Positions 41,792-50,765 of a DNA stretch of 64,000 nucleotides are shown one piece after another. Position numbers and translations under genes: made by a program. This DNA comes from an uncultured bacterium (GTDB taxonomy: Bacteria; Krumholzibacteriota; Krumholzibacteriia; LZORAL124-64-63), in NCBI GenBank assembly GCA_963732385.1, contig CAVSZB010000007.1, forward strand, positions 672,001-736,000, read 5' to 3'. Each line of letters begins with the position of its first letter. Position 1 is the stretch's first letter. The notes under the pieces were generated by a model that was not told the DNA's origin, made no database searches, and saw only the letters and a list, made by a program, of their open reading frames with translations.

Positions 41792-44629
41792 TCACCGGAT
41801 AACCACGAATTTGCCGATGAAGTCCTTGAACCGCGAATCGGCCGACTGCACCGCATAGATATAGATCCCGCTGACGATTTCCTGGCCGTTGCGGCTGACC
41901 AGGTTCCAGCTCACCGAGCCGTATCCTGCCGTGCCGTCATGTTCCAGGGTCTGCACCAGATCGCCGTCCTCGGTGAATATTTTGATCGTGTTGCGGGCCT
42001 CCGGCAGGTTGGCGAAAATAACCTGCACCCCCGTGGGGTCGTCCGCATTCGGCAGAAGCTCCATCGGCCTCAGCGCCTCACGCGTGGCTGGGTTCGGGTA
42101 GACATAGATGTTCGCCCCGAGCAGTTCGCGCTGCTCCGCCGTCTGCGCCAAAGCGGCCGGCACCGAATGGCCGAACGCGGAGCCGGGGTCGCCCGACTGC
42201 CCGGGACCCGCAATGACCGGGGGGGCGTCTGGGTTGACATCGAAGCGCAGCGCGTGATCGGCGGCCGAGACGGCGTAGAAACTGATAAACCCGTTGTGCA
42301 CATCGCGATCCATGTACCGGTAGAAATTCATCGCCGTTTTGGCGACGACTCCCGGACTGCCGGGCCGCGACAAAACCCAGAAGAAGGTATCCAACTCCGC
42401 CGGGTAACCTTCCCAGGGAATCAGCCCCAGCAGGTCTTCGCGCGGCAACCCCGAGCGAGTCCGCAGCGCCGGGATTTCCTGCAGCAGGCCGGCCACATCC
42501 TGATCCACGACCGTCCGCATCTCCTGCGGCAGTCCGTGGAAACGCTGGCCCAGGGCCGTATCGGCCAGACAGACCGGATTGTAGCGAATTTCCTCCAGCC
42601 CGGTGTTGGCGCCAAGCGGCAGCGTGTCGGAGAGAATACTGCCGTCGATCAGCACTCGGTTCCGGATGTAGCTGTTATCCAGATCATACTCGGCGATCAG
42701 TTGCCAGAGGGAGTTCGCCGGCCCGTTTTCCAGGGAGGAACCGAATGGCCGTGTCCAGTTGTCCGCACGATAAATGCGGTACGCCTCGAAGTCGATCTTG
42801 TTCGTGCGCACATCCGGCGTGATTTCGCTTTTATCATTCCAGAAAACCGCCACGGCGTTGTCGGTCGGCATCAGACGCATATCCGGAGGCGGCGGCGCCA
42901 TGCCGACCAGCCAGTGCACAACAGATTCATTGCCACTGATCCCGGTGCAGCCGGCCTTCTCCACCGGATTCGTGACGACCGGATCCCAGCAGTTCCAGCG
43001 GCCGTTCGGATTGGGGTTGGTGGGCGTGCAATACTGTCCGTTCTGCCTGAAACACTCGAAACAGTTGTCACTGTTCACGTAGATGCAGCGCTTCCCATAG
43101 GTCGGACTGTTCGGATTCGCGTCCAGAACCAGATCCTCGCTGGTGATCGTGGGCTGAGCGAGTAGGAAATCCTGCGACACGCAACTGACGTCCATGTAAT
43201 CGGGTACGAAGCCGAAAATGGGGTTGGCGCCGCCGCCGACGGACGAGTAATCCTCCTGGCAAATTTTCAAATCGCGGCCATTGACCCCGGTCAACGGGTC
43301 CGAGTCGAGGTTGAGATAGTTGCCGTACCAGGTCAAAGCGGCTTCGGCCGCGTTCGAGAGCATCCCCGCAAAGCCGTTGCCCACAACCATCGCCGCCTGG
43401 AACCGCAAAGTGCGGTCAGCATCCAGGCGCTGGAACGGGCCGGCCGAAACCAGGATGCGGAAATCGGCCTTCTTCTCCGGCGCGACATCCGCGTCGTATT
43501 CCGCCACACTGAGCAATTCATAGCGTTCCGCGTCGTTGGTCGGGTCTCCGCCCTGCTCGAACTGCGCCTGGCCGGCAAAAGACTGGTATGACCGCACCTT
43601 TACCCGCGCAGGTGCCGTCACGCCGGAGGGATCGATGTCGTGGCCCAGGAAGAGGATGCCGAAGTAGCCCGGCGCCTGGCCGTCATCGCCATCGTCGTCA
43701 TACATGAAGCCGATCGAAATCGGCACATAGCTGCCATCCTTCGCCCGCACCGCCCCTTCGAAGTAACCAGCAAGATCGTCCTCCGCGAGCGACTCACGGC
43801 CGCGGGGGCCGATGTCGCAGTCGGCGAAAAAGCCGATGTAGACGTTGAGGAGCGGACTGACGCCGATGTTCTTGATGAAAAACTCGAAACCGACGAAGTC
43901 ATCCACATCGTCGTTTTCCCACGCATAGGCCTGCTGTACGATTTCCACGTTCAGCGGGACATGGTCAGGGTTGAGTTCCTGCGACAGCCGCGTGTTGTCG
44001 ACCATGGTCGTGACAATCATCTGATTGCCGATCTGGCCGAAATCCTCGTCTATCAGGCCGTCACCATCGTCATCGTAGCCGTTGAGCGTCTCCTCGTCGA
44101 TGGCGCCGTCCTCGTCGTCGTCCGGATTCGGCTCCGGCATGCGCCGCCCGCCGGCGTTGTCGTTTCCGACCGGCCGTAACAGCTTGCCCCCTCTTGCCTC
44201 GTAGATCGTATCGCGTATATCGTCGCGGCAACGGATCTCAGACGGCTGGTATTCGCCCGTGGAGGCCAATTTTTCGCCCTGCATCAGGGCGCCAACCCAG
44301 AGCCCCGCCCCCCAGAGATACTCCACGCCCGAACCTGCCGGCCATTGCGCCGAAGGGGCATCGGAGATGGCGCTCACAAACGAATACTGCGAGCCGATCA
44401 GGCCGAAGTTCGTGATGTTGATCTGCAGTTCGCCCGCATTCATCACATAGGAACCGTCCACGACCGGAAATCGGTGCGGATCAAGCCGGTCGCCGTCCAG
44501 CGGATCGGGCAGATCCTTCCAGGCCAGGGCGGGAGCAGCCCCCGCGACCAGCAGGGCGGCAAGGCATGCCCGCCATACGGCCCCGGCCGTCAGCGACCCG
44601 CGGCGGCGGTTCCAGCGGCGTGATGCCAT
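41792..44629 (-). CDS. Large secreted protein with a T9SS-CTD/FlgD-Ig-like C-terminal domain
   Basis: Signal peptide; C-terminus IYVYPNP...IKIFTEDGDLVQTL...WNLVSRNGQEIVSGIYIY...GKFVVIR. Confidence 0.8.
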   Translation of the reverse strand: MASRRWNRRRGSLTAGAVWRACLAALLVAGAAPALAWKDLPDPLDGDRLDPHRFPVVDGSYVMNAGELQINITNFGLIGSQYSFVSAISDAPSAQWPAGSGVEYLWGAGLWVGALMQGEKLASTGEYQPSEIRCRDDIRDTIYEARGGKLLRPVGNDNAGGRRMPEPNPDDDEDGAIDEETLNGYDDDGDGLIDEDFGQIGNQMIVTTMVDNTRLSQELNPDHVPLNVEIVQQAYAWENDDVDDFVGFEFFIKNIGVSPLLNVYIGFFADCDIGPRGRESLAEDDLAGYFEGAVRAKDGSYVPISIGFMYDDDGDDGQAPGYFGILFLGHDIDPSGVTAPARVKVRSYQSFAGQAQFEQGGDPTNDAERYELLSVAEYDADVAPEKKADFRILVSAGPFQRLDADRTLRFQAAMVVGNGFAGMLSNAAEAALTWYGNYLNLDSDPLTGVNGRDLKICQEDYSSVGGGANPIFGFVPDYMDVSCVSQDFLLAQPTITSEDLVLDANPNSPTYGKRCIYVNSDNCFECFRQNGQYCTPTNPNPNGRWNCWDPVVTNPVEKAGCTGISGNESVVHWLVGMAPPPPDMRLMPTDNAVAVFWNDKSEITPDVRTNKIDFEAYRIYRADNWTRPFGSSLENGPANSLWQLIAEYDLDNSYIRNRVLIDGSILSDTLPLGANTGLEEIRYNPVCLADTALGQRFHGLPQEMRTVVDQDVAGLLQEIPALRTRSGLPREDLLGLIPWEGYPAELDTFFWVLSRPGSPGVVAKTAMNFYRYMDRDVHNGFISFYAVSAADHALRFDVNPDAPPVIAGPGQSGDPGSAFGHSVPAALAQTAEQRELLGANIYVYPNPATREALRPMELLPNADDPTGVQVIFANLPEARNTIKIFTEDGDLVQTLEHDGTAGYGSVSWNLVSRNGQEIVSGIYIYAVQSADSRFKDFIGKFVVIR

Positions 44630-44691
44630 CGTTTCCGTTCCTTTCCGGCCGCCGGACGGGTGAGGCACCGCCCTCGGCCGCGCTTGCGCGG

Positions 44692-47600
44692 CTAGAATAA
44701 CCAGCCGAGCCCGATGCGGAAGAGGCGGTGATCCTCGAAAATGCGCGGGTCGTTGATCGGGGTAAACTCGTTCAGGCTGTCGCCATTCTTGTCCTGCAGA
44801 TACGCCCCGCCGTAGCGGCCGGTCTCGGTCAGAAAGGATTCGTAGGCCGCGGTGGCGTTGATCATGCCGGGAGTAAGGGTCATACCGATATTCCGCACCA
44901 TGTCCTGGTTGATCAAATTGAACGCCTGCACATACAGGGTGAGCGCCTGCCCGTAGAAGTTGATCTGCCGTTCCCCCTGGAAATCGAGCGAGAACGTGGA
45001 GGGGAGCCGCTCGCTGTTTTCCAACAACGGATTCTGCCGCCTGGCGAAGCGATCATTCGGCGTCCAGGGATAGCCGCTGCCGTAGGATGCGGTAATCGAA
45101 CCGGACCACGATCCCGGCTCGGACAGAAGCAGCGAAAAATTGAAGGTGTGTCGCTGGTCCCAGCTCAGCGACAACTCCTGGTTCGGAAGGTACTGCAGCC
45201 CTTCCGGATTGGCGCCGAAGGTCTGCTCGGACGCCACGCCGTCAGCGAACGCGTAGGTGTAGGTGATGTCGAAGGCGAAATTCTCGGCGAACCGCTTGTT
45301 CAGCGTGAATTCGGCCCCGCGCGATGACGCATACGCCTTGTTGATGTAGCGCGCCAGGACAGTGCCTGTCACCTGGTCGGTCACCGTGGTGGAGGCGATC
45401 AGATCGTAGATATCCTTGCTGTAGACCGCGAAACTGCCGGCCAGGTAATTGTTGAACTGGTGCTTGAGACCGGCCTGATAGCCGACCGTGGTCTCGGACT
45501 TCAGGTTGGGGTTGCCCAGAACTCCCCCCTGGTTGCCGATCGGATCCTGGCTGGAGAACAGCACGTCACGGTCGGGGAACTGGATGAAACGACCGTAGTG
45601 GAAGCTGAAACCGTCGCGCTCGGTGATCGGGAAGGCGAAGCCGAGGCGCGGCGAGAACTGCTGCTTGTACTTGAGAACGTTCTTGTTCACATCATCATTC
45701 TGCAACAGGATCTGCGCCGCCGACCCGGGCGAGAACAGATCCCAGCGGAAACCGTAGTTGACGACCATCCCCTCGTATTCCCAGCGGTCCTGGATGAACC
45801 AGGAGGCCTCCGGGTTGTAGCTGTGGAAGATGTTCGCGTTGCTGCCGAGCGACCAATCGCCCGTGTAACGGTTACGACGCTCGATCGCCGGGTTGAAGAC
45901 CCTGTAACGCTGCAGATCATTGTAGATCAACTGAACGCCGGTCTTGACCAGGTGCCCGCCCCATCGGCTCGAGGTCATGTCCAGCTTCATGATGTACTGG
46001 CGACTGTACTCCTCCGAGTACTGCGGGTTGTCGCCCGTGGTGATGAAGAGCGAGTTGAGCGGGTCGGTGTAGAAGTCACTGAAATACTGGTAGACCGGGG
46101 TCTGACCCTGGAACGCCCCGGGGGAATCGACACCGCCGTGATTGTACTCCCACGGGGATTTGCCGCCGACCGAGTATTTCTTGTCGAACGCCACTCGGCT
46201 CAGCTTGATCGTATAGAAAGTTTCGTCGGTCAGGTTGTGCGTGAGTACGAATTTCGCCTGCTGGCTCAGGTTGATCCACGTGAGGTCGCGATCGGCGGAG
46301 TTGAAGGCGGTGAACGAGGAATCCTCCTGGGCCGTGGCGTAGGTCGACCACGGATAGCGAAAGCCGTCGAACACCGGCTGCGCCATCACCAGGTAGTTGC
46401 GCCCGTCGACTCCGCGCACCTGCAGGATCGGCGAAACCTGCCGGATCTCGCTGGAATTGCGGGCGTCGACCACAATCGCGGGGCGCGCGGTCTGGTTCAT
46501 GCGCTCGAACCACGGGCCGTAATAGACCGGGGCGTAGCGGCCAAAGAAGTTATAGGTCTCCCCGTCGCGCGCACGCTCCACGATCGGCATCAGGATCATC
46601 CGGCGGGCGTAGCCCGAAACGCTCCAGTTCGGGGAGTAGACCTCGTTGGAGGAGTAGGAACTGCTGTACTCGCCGGTCAGCTTGAGATTGGGATTGAAAG
46701 TGTAGGCAAGCTTCACCGCCCCCTTGGCGTTGTTGCTCTGGCGGCGCCTGAACTTGAGCAGGGTCATGTCGCCGACCTGCACCTTGTACTCCGGCCGGTT
46801 GGCGATGGAGGTGTTTTCGCCGTCGGAGAAGGTGAGGTCTCCCGAGAGGAAGTAGGTCAGCTTGTTGACCGGCGTCGGGCCGCCGAAACCGAACTCGAAG
46901 CGGTCGTAGTTCGTGTAGGTCTTGTCCTGGCGACCGAAGTCGTCCGTGAAAAAGCGCAGGCCCCCCTCGAACTGGTCAGAGCCGGAGCGGGTCGTGATGT
47001 TGATGACGCCCGACATCGCGTTGCCATATTCCGGGTCGAGGCCGCCGGTGACGGTGTTGACCGCCTCCACGGAAAGGTTGGACACCGCGATGGCGCGCCC
47101 GCCGAGCGGATCGTCCACCGGCACATCGTCGATGCGCATCGAGACCTCGCCCGAGCGACCGCCACGCACGAACAGGTCGTCGCCGCGCTTGATCACGCCG
47201 GCCTGCTTGGCCACGGCGTCCACGACCGAGTCGATGGCGTATTTCGTCAGGCGCTCGGAGGTGATTTTCTGCTCCTGGACGGCGCTCTTCACCTCGACCA
47301 TGTAGGCGGCCCCCTCGACGTCGTACGCCGCGAGCGTTTCGACGATGACCACCTTCAGGCCGAAGGAGAGCTGGCTGACGTTGCCGGAGCTCACCTGGAC
47401 CGTCTGCTCCTCGACCGCATAGCCGAGATAGAGCACCTGCACGGTGTAGCTGCCGGGCTGCAGACCCTGGAAGTAGAACGCCCCGCCTCCGAGCGACATG
47501 GTGCCCCGCGTGGTCCCCTTGATCAGGACGTTGGCGTAGTCCAGCAGTTCGCCCGACTCCTGATCGCGAACGATGCCCTTGATGGAACCGGGCGCGCTCT

Positions 47601-47703
47601 GGGCGGCGGCCGACCCGGGCAGCGACAGCGCCACCAGCCCCGACAACGCCAGGCAGGTCAGCGCAACATACGCGAGCCAGTCGAACCGGTGACGACGGTG
47701 CAT
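44692..47703 (-). CDS. TonB-dependent receptor with N-terminal carboxypeptidase-regulatory-like domain
   Basis: GSIKGIVRD...YANVLI, plug VRGGRSGE...GGLDPEYGNAMSGVINITT, FSPRLGFAFP, GNPNLKSE, terminal GLGWLF. Confidence 0.92.
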   Translation of the reverse strand: MHRRHRFDWLAYVALTCLALSGLVALSLPGSAAAQSAPGSIKGIVRDQESGELLDYANVLIKGTTRGTMSLGGGAFYFQGLQPGSYTVQVLYLGYAVEEQTVQVSSGNVSQLSFGLKVVIVETLAAYDVEGAAYMVEVKSAVQEQKITSERLTKYAIDSVVDAVAKQAGVIKRGDDLFVRGGRSGEVSMRIDDVPVDDPLGGRAIAVSNLSVEAVNTVTGGLDPEYGNAMSGVINITTRSGSDQFEGGLRFFTDDFGRQDKTYTNYDRFEFGFGGPTPVNKLTYFLSGDLTFSDGENTSIANRPEYKVQVGDMTLLKFRRRQSNNAKGAVKLAYTFNPNLKLTGEYSSSYSSNEVYSPNWSVSGYARRMILMPIVERARDGETYNFFGRYAPVYYGPWFERMNQTARPAIVVDARNSSEIRQVSPILQVRGVDGRNYLVMAQPVFDGFRYPWSTYATAQEDSSFTAFNSADRDLTWINLSQQAKFVLTHNLTDETFYTIKLSRVAFDKKYSVGGKSPWEYNHGGVDSPGAFQGQTPVYQYFSDFYTDPLNSLFITTGDNPQYSEEYSRQYIMKLDMTSSRWGGHLVKTGVQLIYNDLQRYRVFNPAIERRNRYTGDWSLGSNANIFHSYNPEASWFIQDRWEYEGMVVNYGFRWDLFSPGSAAQILLQNDDVNKNVLKYKQQFSPRLGFAFPITERDGFSFHYGRFIQFPDRDVLFSSQDPIGNQGGVLGNPNLKSETTVGYQAGLKHQFNNYLAGSFAVYSKDIYDLIASTTVTDQVTGTVLARYINKAYASSRGAEFTLNKRFAENFAFDITYTYAFADGVASEQTFGANPEGLQYLPNQELSLSWDQRHTFNFSLLLSEPGSWSGSITASYGSGYPWTPNDRFARRQNPLLENSERLPSTFSLDFQGERQINFYGQALTLYVQAFNLINQDMVRNIGMTLTPGMINATAAYESFLTETGRYGGAYLQDKNGDSLNEFTPINDPRIFEDHRLFRIGLGWLF

Positions 47704-47898
47704 GGCACCGCTCCTTTCGCACTTGGCGATTCCGCTCAGGCTTGCAGGTCCACATCGGCCTGCCACCGGGTCACTGCGGCCAGCGGCGCGGCAGCGTGGG
47801 GAGCTTGTATGCAAGTCCGGAACCCACACTTCCTAAACGCCGGCTCCGCGCTGGGGAGGTGGGTCCCGGCAGGTGTCCGAACCGGCAACTCTCGGCTG

Positions 47899-47927
47899 AA
47901 TATAGAGATTGCCCCAAACCGTGTCAA
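47899..47927 (-). promoter_or_regulatory. Sigma70 promoter for the TBDR operon
   Basis: TTGACA-N17-TATATT. Confidence 0.75.
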
Positions 47928-47936
47928 CCCGCGCTT

Positions 47937-48932
47937 CTATCCCCTCTGCTGCGCCTGCGGACAGCGCAGGAAGTGCCCCGTCGCGATCTCCACCAGCGGC
48001 GGAATCCGCCGTCGACACACCTCTTCCACCAGCGCGCAGCGCGGGGCGTACGGACACCCGTCGGGGGGATCGAGGAACGAAGGGGGCTCGCCGGGCGACG
48101 GCACGGCCGGCACCTCCCCCGCGGCGACCGCGGCAAGCGCGCCGGCCAGGGTCGGCGCCGCCGCCAGCAGGGCGCGCGTGTAGGGATGGCGCGGCGCCGC
48201 GCCCCCCTCCGCCGACCACACCTCCACCAGCCGGCCGAGGTACATCACCGCCACGCGGTCACACAGCCGCTCCACCAGGCGCGGATCGTGGGCGATCAGC
48301 AGGAGACCGAGGCCGCGCCGCTGCTGCGCCTCGCGCAGCAGATTCAGGACACGCGCCCGCAGCGGAGCGTCGAGCGCGCTGACCGGCTCGTCCGCGATCA
48401 ACACCCGCGGCGCGACCGCCAGCGCCCGCGCGATCGCCACCCGCTGTCGCCCCCCTCCCGACAGTTCGTGCGGCCGCACGGCCGCCGCGCCGGACGGCAG
48501 GCCGACCTCCTCCAGCAGGCGTCGTGTCTCCGCCGCCCCGTCAGGGCCGCCGCCAGCCCGCACCGCCAGCGCCTCGGCCAGCGCGGCGCCCACGGTCTGC
48601 CGCGGGTCGAGCGCGCCACCCGGATCCTGGCAGACGAGTTGCGCCAGCCGCCGCGCCACGCGCAGTTCCGCGCCGCGCAAGGCCGCCAGGTCGCGTCCAT
48701 CCACCCGCACGGAACCGGCTTGCGCCGGCCAGAGTCCGACGGCCGCGCGGGCCAGCGTCGACTTGCCGCAGCCAGATTCTCCCACCAGCCCCACCGTTTC
48801 ACCGACGGCCACGGCGAGACTGACGCCGTCCACCGGCCGGATCCGCGCCGGCCGCCGCCACGGCCCCCGGCGGACCGGCAGTTCGACTGTCAGGTCGCGC
48901 AGTTCCAGGACCGGGGGCTCGGCGTCGGTCAT
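47937..48932 (-). CDS. oppF: Oligopeptide/dipeptide ABC transporter ATPase (OppF/DppF-like)
   Basis: GESGCGKST, LSGG, DEPVSALD, HPYTRAL, GCPYAPRC. Confidence 0.88.
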   Translation of the reverse strand: MTDAEPPVLELRDLTVELPVRRGPWRRPARIRPVDGVSLAVAVGETVGLVGESGCGKSTLARAAVGLWPAQAGSVRVDGRDLAALRGAELRVARRLAQLVCQDPGGALDPRQTVGAALAEALAVRAGGGPDGAAETRRLLEEVGLPSGAAAVRPHELSGGGRQRVAIARALAVAPRVLIADEPVSALDAPLRARVLNLLREAQQRRGLGLLLIAHDPRLVERLCDRVAVMYLGRLVEVWSAEGGAAPRHPYTRALLAAAPTLAGALAAVAAGEVPAVPSPGEPPSFLDPPDGCPYAPRCALVEEVCRRRIPPLVEIATGHFLRCPQAQQRG

Positions 48933-49915
48933 GACGGCACCTCGCCACGCGCCAGCGCCCTTGCCACGGCCGGCAGACAGGCGACGCGCCGGTCCGGCCC
49001 CAGCGCCGCCAGGAGGGGGGTTGCGACAACGCAGGCGGCGCGCGTATGCGGACAGCGCGGCGCGAACGCACAGCCGGGCGTCTCGTCGCCCGGCGCGGGG
49101 GGGGCGCCCCGCAATTCCGGCAGCGGACCGCGGACCGGCCACTGCTCCGGCAATGACGCCGTCAGCGCGCGCGTGTACGGATGCGCCGGGGTCGCCAGCA
49201 CGGCCGCGGTCGGCCCCTCCTCCACCAGGCGTCCGGCGTACATGATGGCGACCCGCTCGGTGAGACCGGGCGCCAGAGCCAGATCGTGCGTGATGAACAG
49301 CAGCGACATCCCCCGCGCCCGCACGAGTCCGCGCAGCAGGTCGAGGATCTGGGCCTGCACCGTGACGTCGAGCGAGGCGGTCGGCTCGTCGGCCAGCAGG
49401 CACTCCGGCTCGCACGCCAGTGCGGCGGCCAGCAGCGCGCGCTGGCGCATGCCGCCACTGAGCCGGTGCGGCGCGTCGGCGACCCGCGCCGCGGCATCGG
49501 GCAGCCGGACTTCCGCCAGCAGCCGCACCGCTTCGGCCTGCGCCGCGCGGCGCCCCAGGCCGCGGTGCCAGCGCAACGCCTCCGCGACCTGCTCCCCTAC
49601 GCCCAGCACCGGATTGAGCGCCGCCGCCGGCTCCTGTGGCACCAGTCCGAGCCGCCGTCCGCGAAAGGCGCGCCGCTCCCGCTCCGGCAAAGTCAGCAGT
49701 TCAGTCCCTTCCCAGGTCACCCGTCCGGTGGCGCGCGCGCCGGGCGGCAGCAGCCCGAGCAGCGCGCGGATGGTGAGCGACTTGCCACAGCCCGACTCCC
49801 CCGCCAGCGCCAGCGTTTCCCCCCGCGCCAGCGTGAAGGAGACACCGCGCACGGCGCGGGCGGCGCCGAAGGCGACCTCGAGGTCCTCAACCGCGAGCAG
49901 ACTCGGCACGCTCAA
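48929..49915 (-). CDS. oppD: Oligopeptide/dipeptide ABC transporter ATPase (OppD/DppD-like)
   Basis: GESGCGKS, LSGGMRQR, DEPTASLDVTVQAQI, GCAFAPRC. Confidence 0.88.
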   Translation of the reverse strand: MSVPSLLAVEDLEVAFGAARAVRGVSFTLARGETLALAGESGCGKSLTIRALLGLLPPGARATGRVTWEGTELLTLPERERRAFRGRRLGLVPQEPAAALNPVLGVGEQVAEALRWHRGLGRRAAQAEAVRLLAEVRLPDAAARVADAPHRLSGGMRQRALLAAALACEPECLLADEPTASLDVTVQAQILDLLRGLVRARGMSLLFITHDLALAPGLTERVAIMYAGRLVEEGPTAAVLATPAHPYTRALTASLPEQWPVRGPLPELRGAPPAPGDETPGCAFAPRCPHTRAACVVATPLLAALGPDRRVACLPAVARALARGEVPS

Positions 49916-50765
49916 GCTCGCCTCCCCCGGTGACGGCGCGTGGATCGAGCGCCTCCCGCAGGCCGTCGCCCAGCAGATTCCAGCCGACGACCGTGGCCGT
50001 GATCGCCAGCCCCGGGAACGCGGTCAGCCACCAGCCGTCGCGCAGGTGGGCGCGCCCCTGTTCGATCATCGCGCCCCAGCTCACCGCCGGCTCCGGGGCC
50101 CCCAGCCCCAGGAAGCCGAGGAACGTCTCGAGCAGGATCGTGCTGCCGACCCGCAGCGCCGCCGCCACGATGATCGTCGGCAGCAGGTTCGGCAGCACGT
50201 GCCGCCACGCCACCTGCGCGCCGGTCAGGCCGAGACCGCGCGCCGCCGCCACGAAGTCCCGCTCGCGCAGCGACAGCGCCTCGGCCCGCACCAGGCGCGC
50301 CACCCCCATCCAGCCGGTGAGGCCGAGCACCACCACCACCAGCCCCAGCGACGGCGCGGTCAGCGAGACCAGCAGGAGGATGAGGAAGACGCGCGGGAAC
50401 GCCAGCGCCACGTCGGTCACCGCCATCAGCGTCCGGTCGACCGCCGCCGGCGCCAGGCCGGCGATCAGCCCGACGAACGTGCCGCAGCCGACCGCAACCA
50501 CCACGCCGACCAGCCCCACCAGCAGCGACACGCGCGCCCCGTGCAGCAGCCGCGCCAGCACGTCGCGGCCGAGCGGGTCGGTGCCGAGCAGGTGGGTCAG
50601 GGAAGGGGGCTGCAACCGCTCCGTGGCCCCGCCCAGCGCCGCCGGATCGCCCGGCGCCAGCACCGGCGCCAGCAGCGCAGCCAAAAGCGGCAGCGCCGCC
50701 AGGGCCAGTCCGACCCGCGCCGTACCGCCCCGCAGCGCCACCGGCCACGGCCCGACGCCGCTCAC
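49887..50765 (-). CDS. oppC: Peptide ABC transporter permease (OppC/DppC-like)
   Basis: HLLGTDPLGRD, GARVSL, FVAAARGLG, RHVLPN, SWG. Confidence 0.9.
   Translation of the reverse strand: MSGVGPWPVALRGGTARVGLALAALPLLAALLAPVLAPGDPAALGGATERLQPPSLTHLLGTDPLGRDVLARLLHGARVSLLVGLVGVVVAVGCGTFVGLIAGLAPAAVDRTLMAVTDVALAFPRVFLILLLVSLTAPSLGLVVVVLGLTGWMGVARLVRAEALSLRERDFVAAARGLGLTGAQVAWRHVLPNLLPTIIVAAALRVGSTILLETFLGFLGLGAPEPAVSWGAMIEQGRAHLRDGWWLTAFPGLAITATVVGWNLLGDGLREALDPRAVTGGGELERAESARG

Noticed and set aside
43040..43070. CxxC in the cargo protein as a haem c site
   Set aside because: The sequence is CFECF, with no His after the second Cys.
47710..47722. Identical GTGCGAAAGGAGC before the TBDR and gcvT starts
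   Set aside because: Mostly an extended Shine-Dalgarno sequence; the remaining bases are plausibly chance.
47810..47826. Sigma54-like GG-N10-GC (TGGGTTCCGGACTTGCA) in the TBDR leader
   Set aside because: Poor match at the -24 element, and a strong sigma70 promoter already explains transcription.
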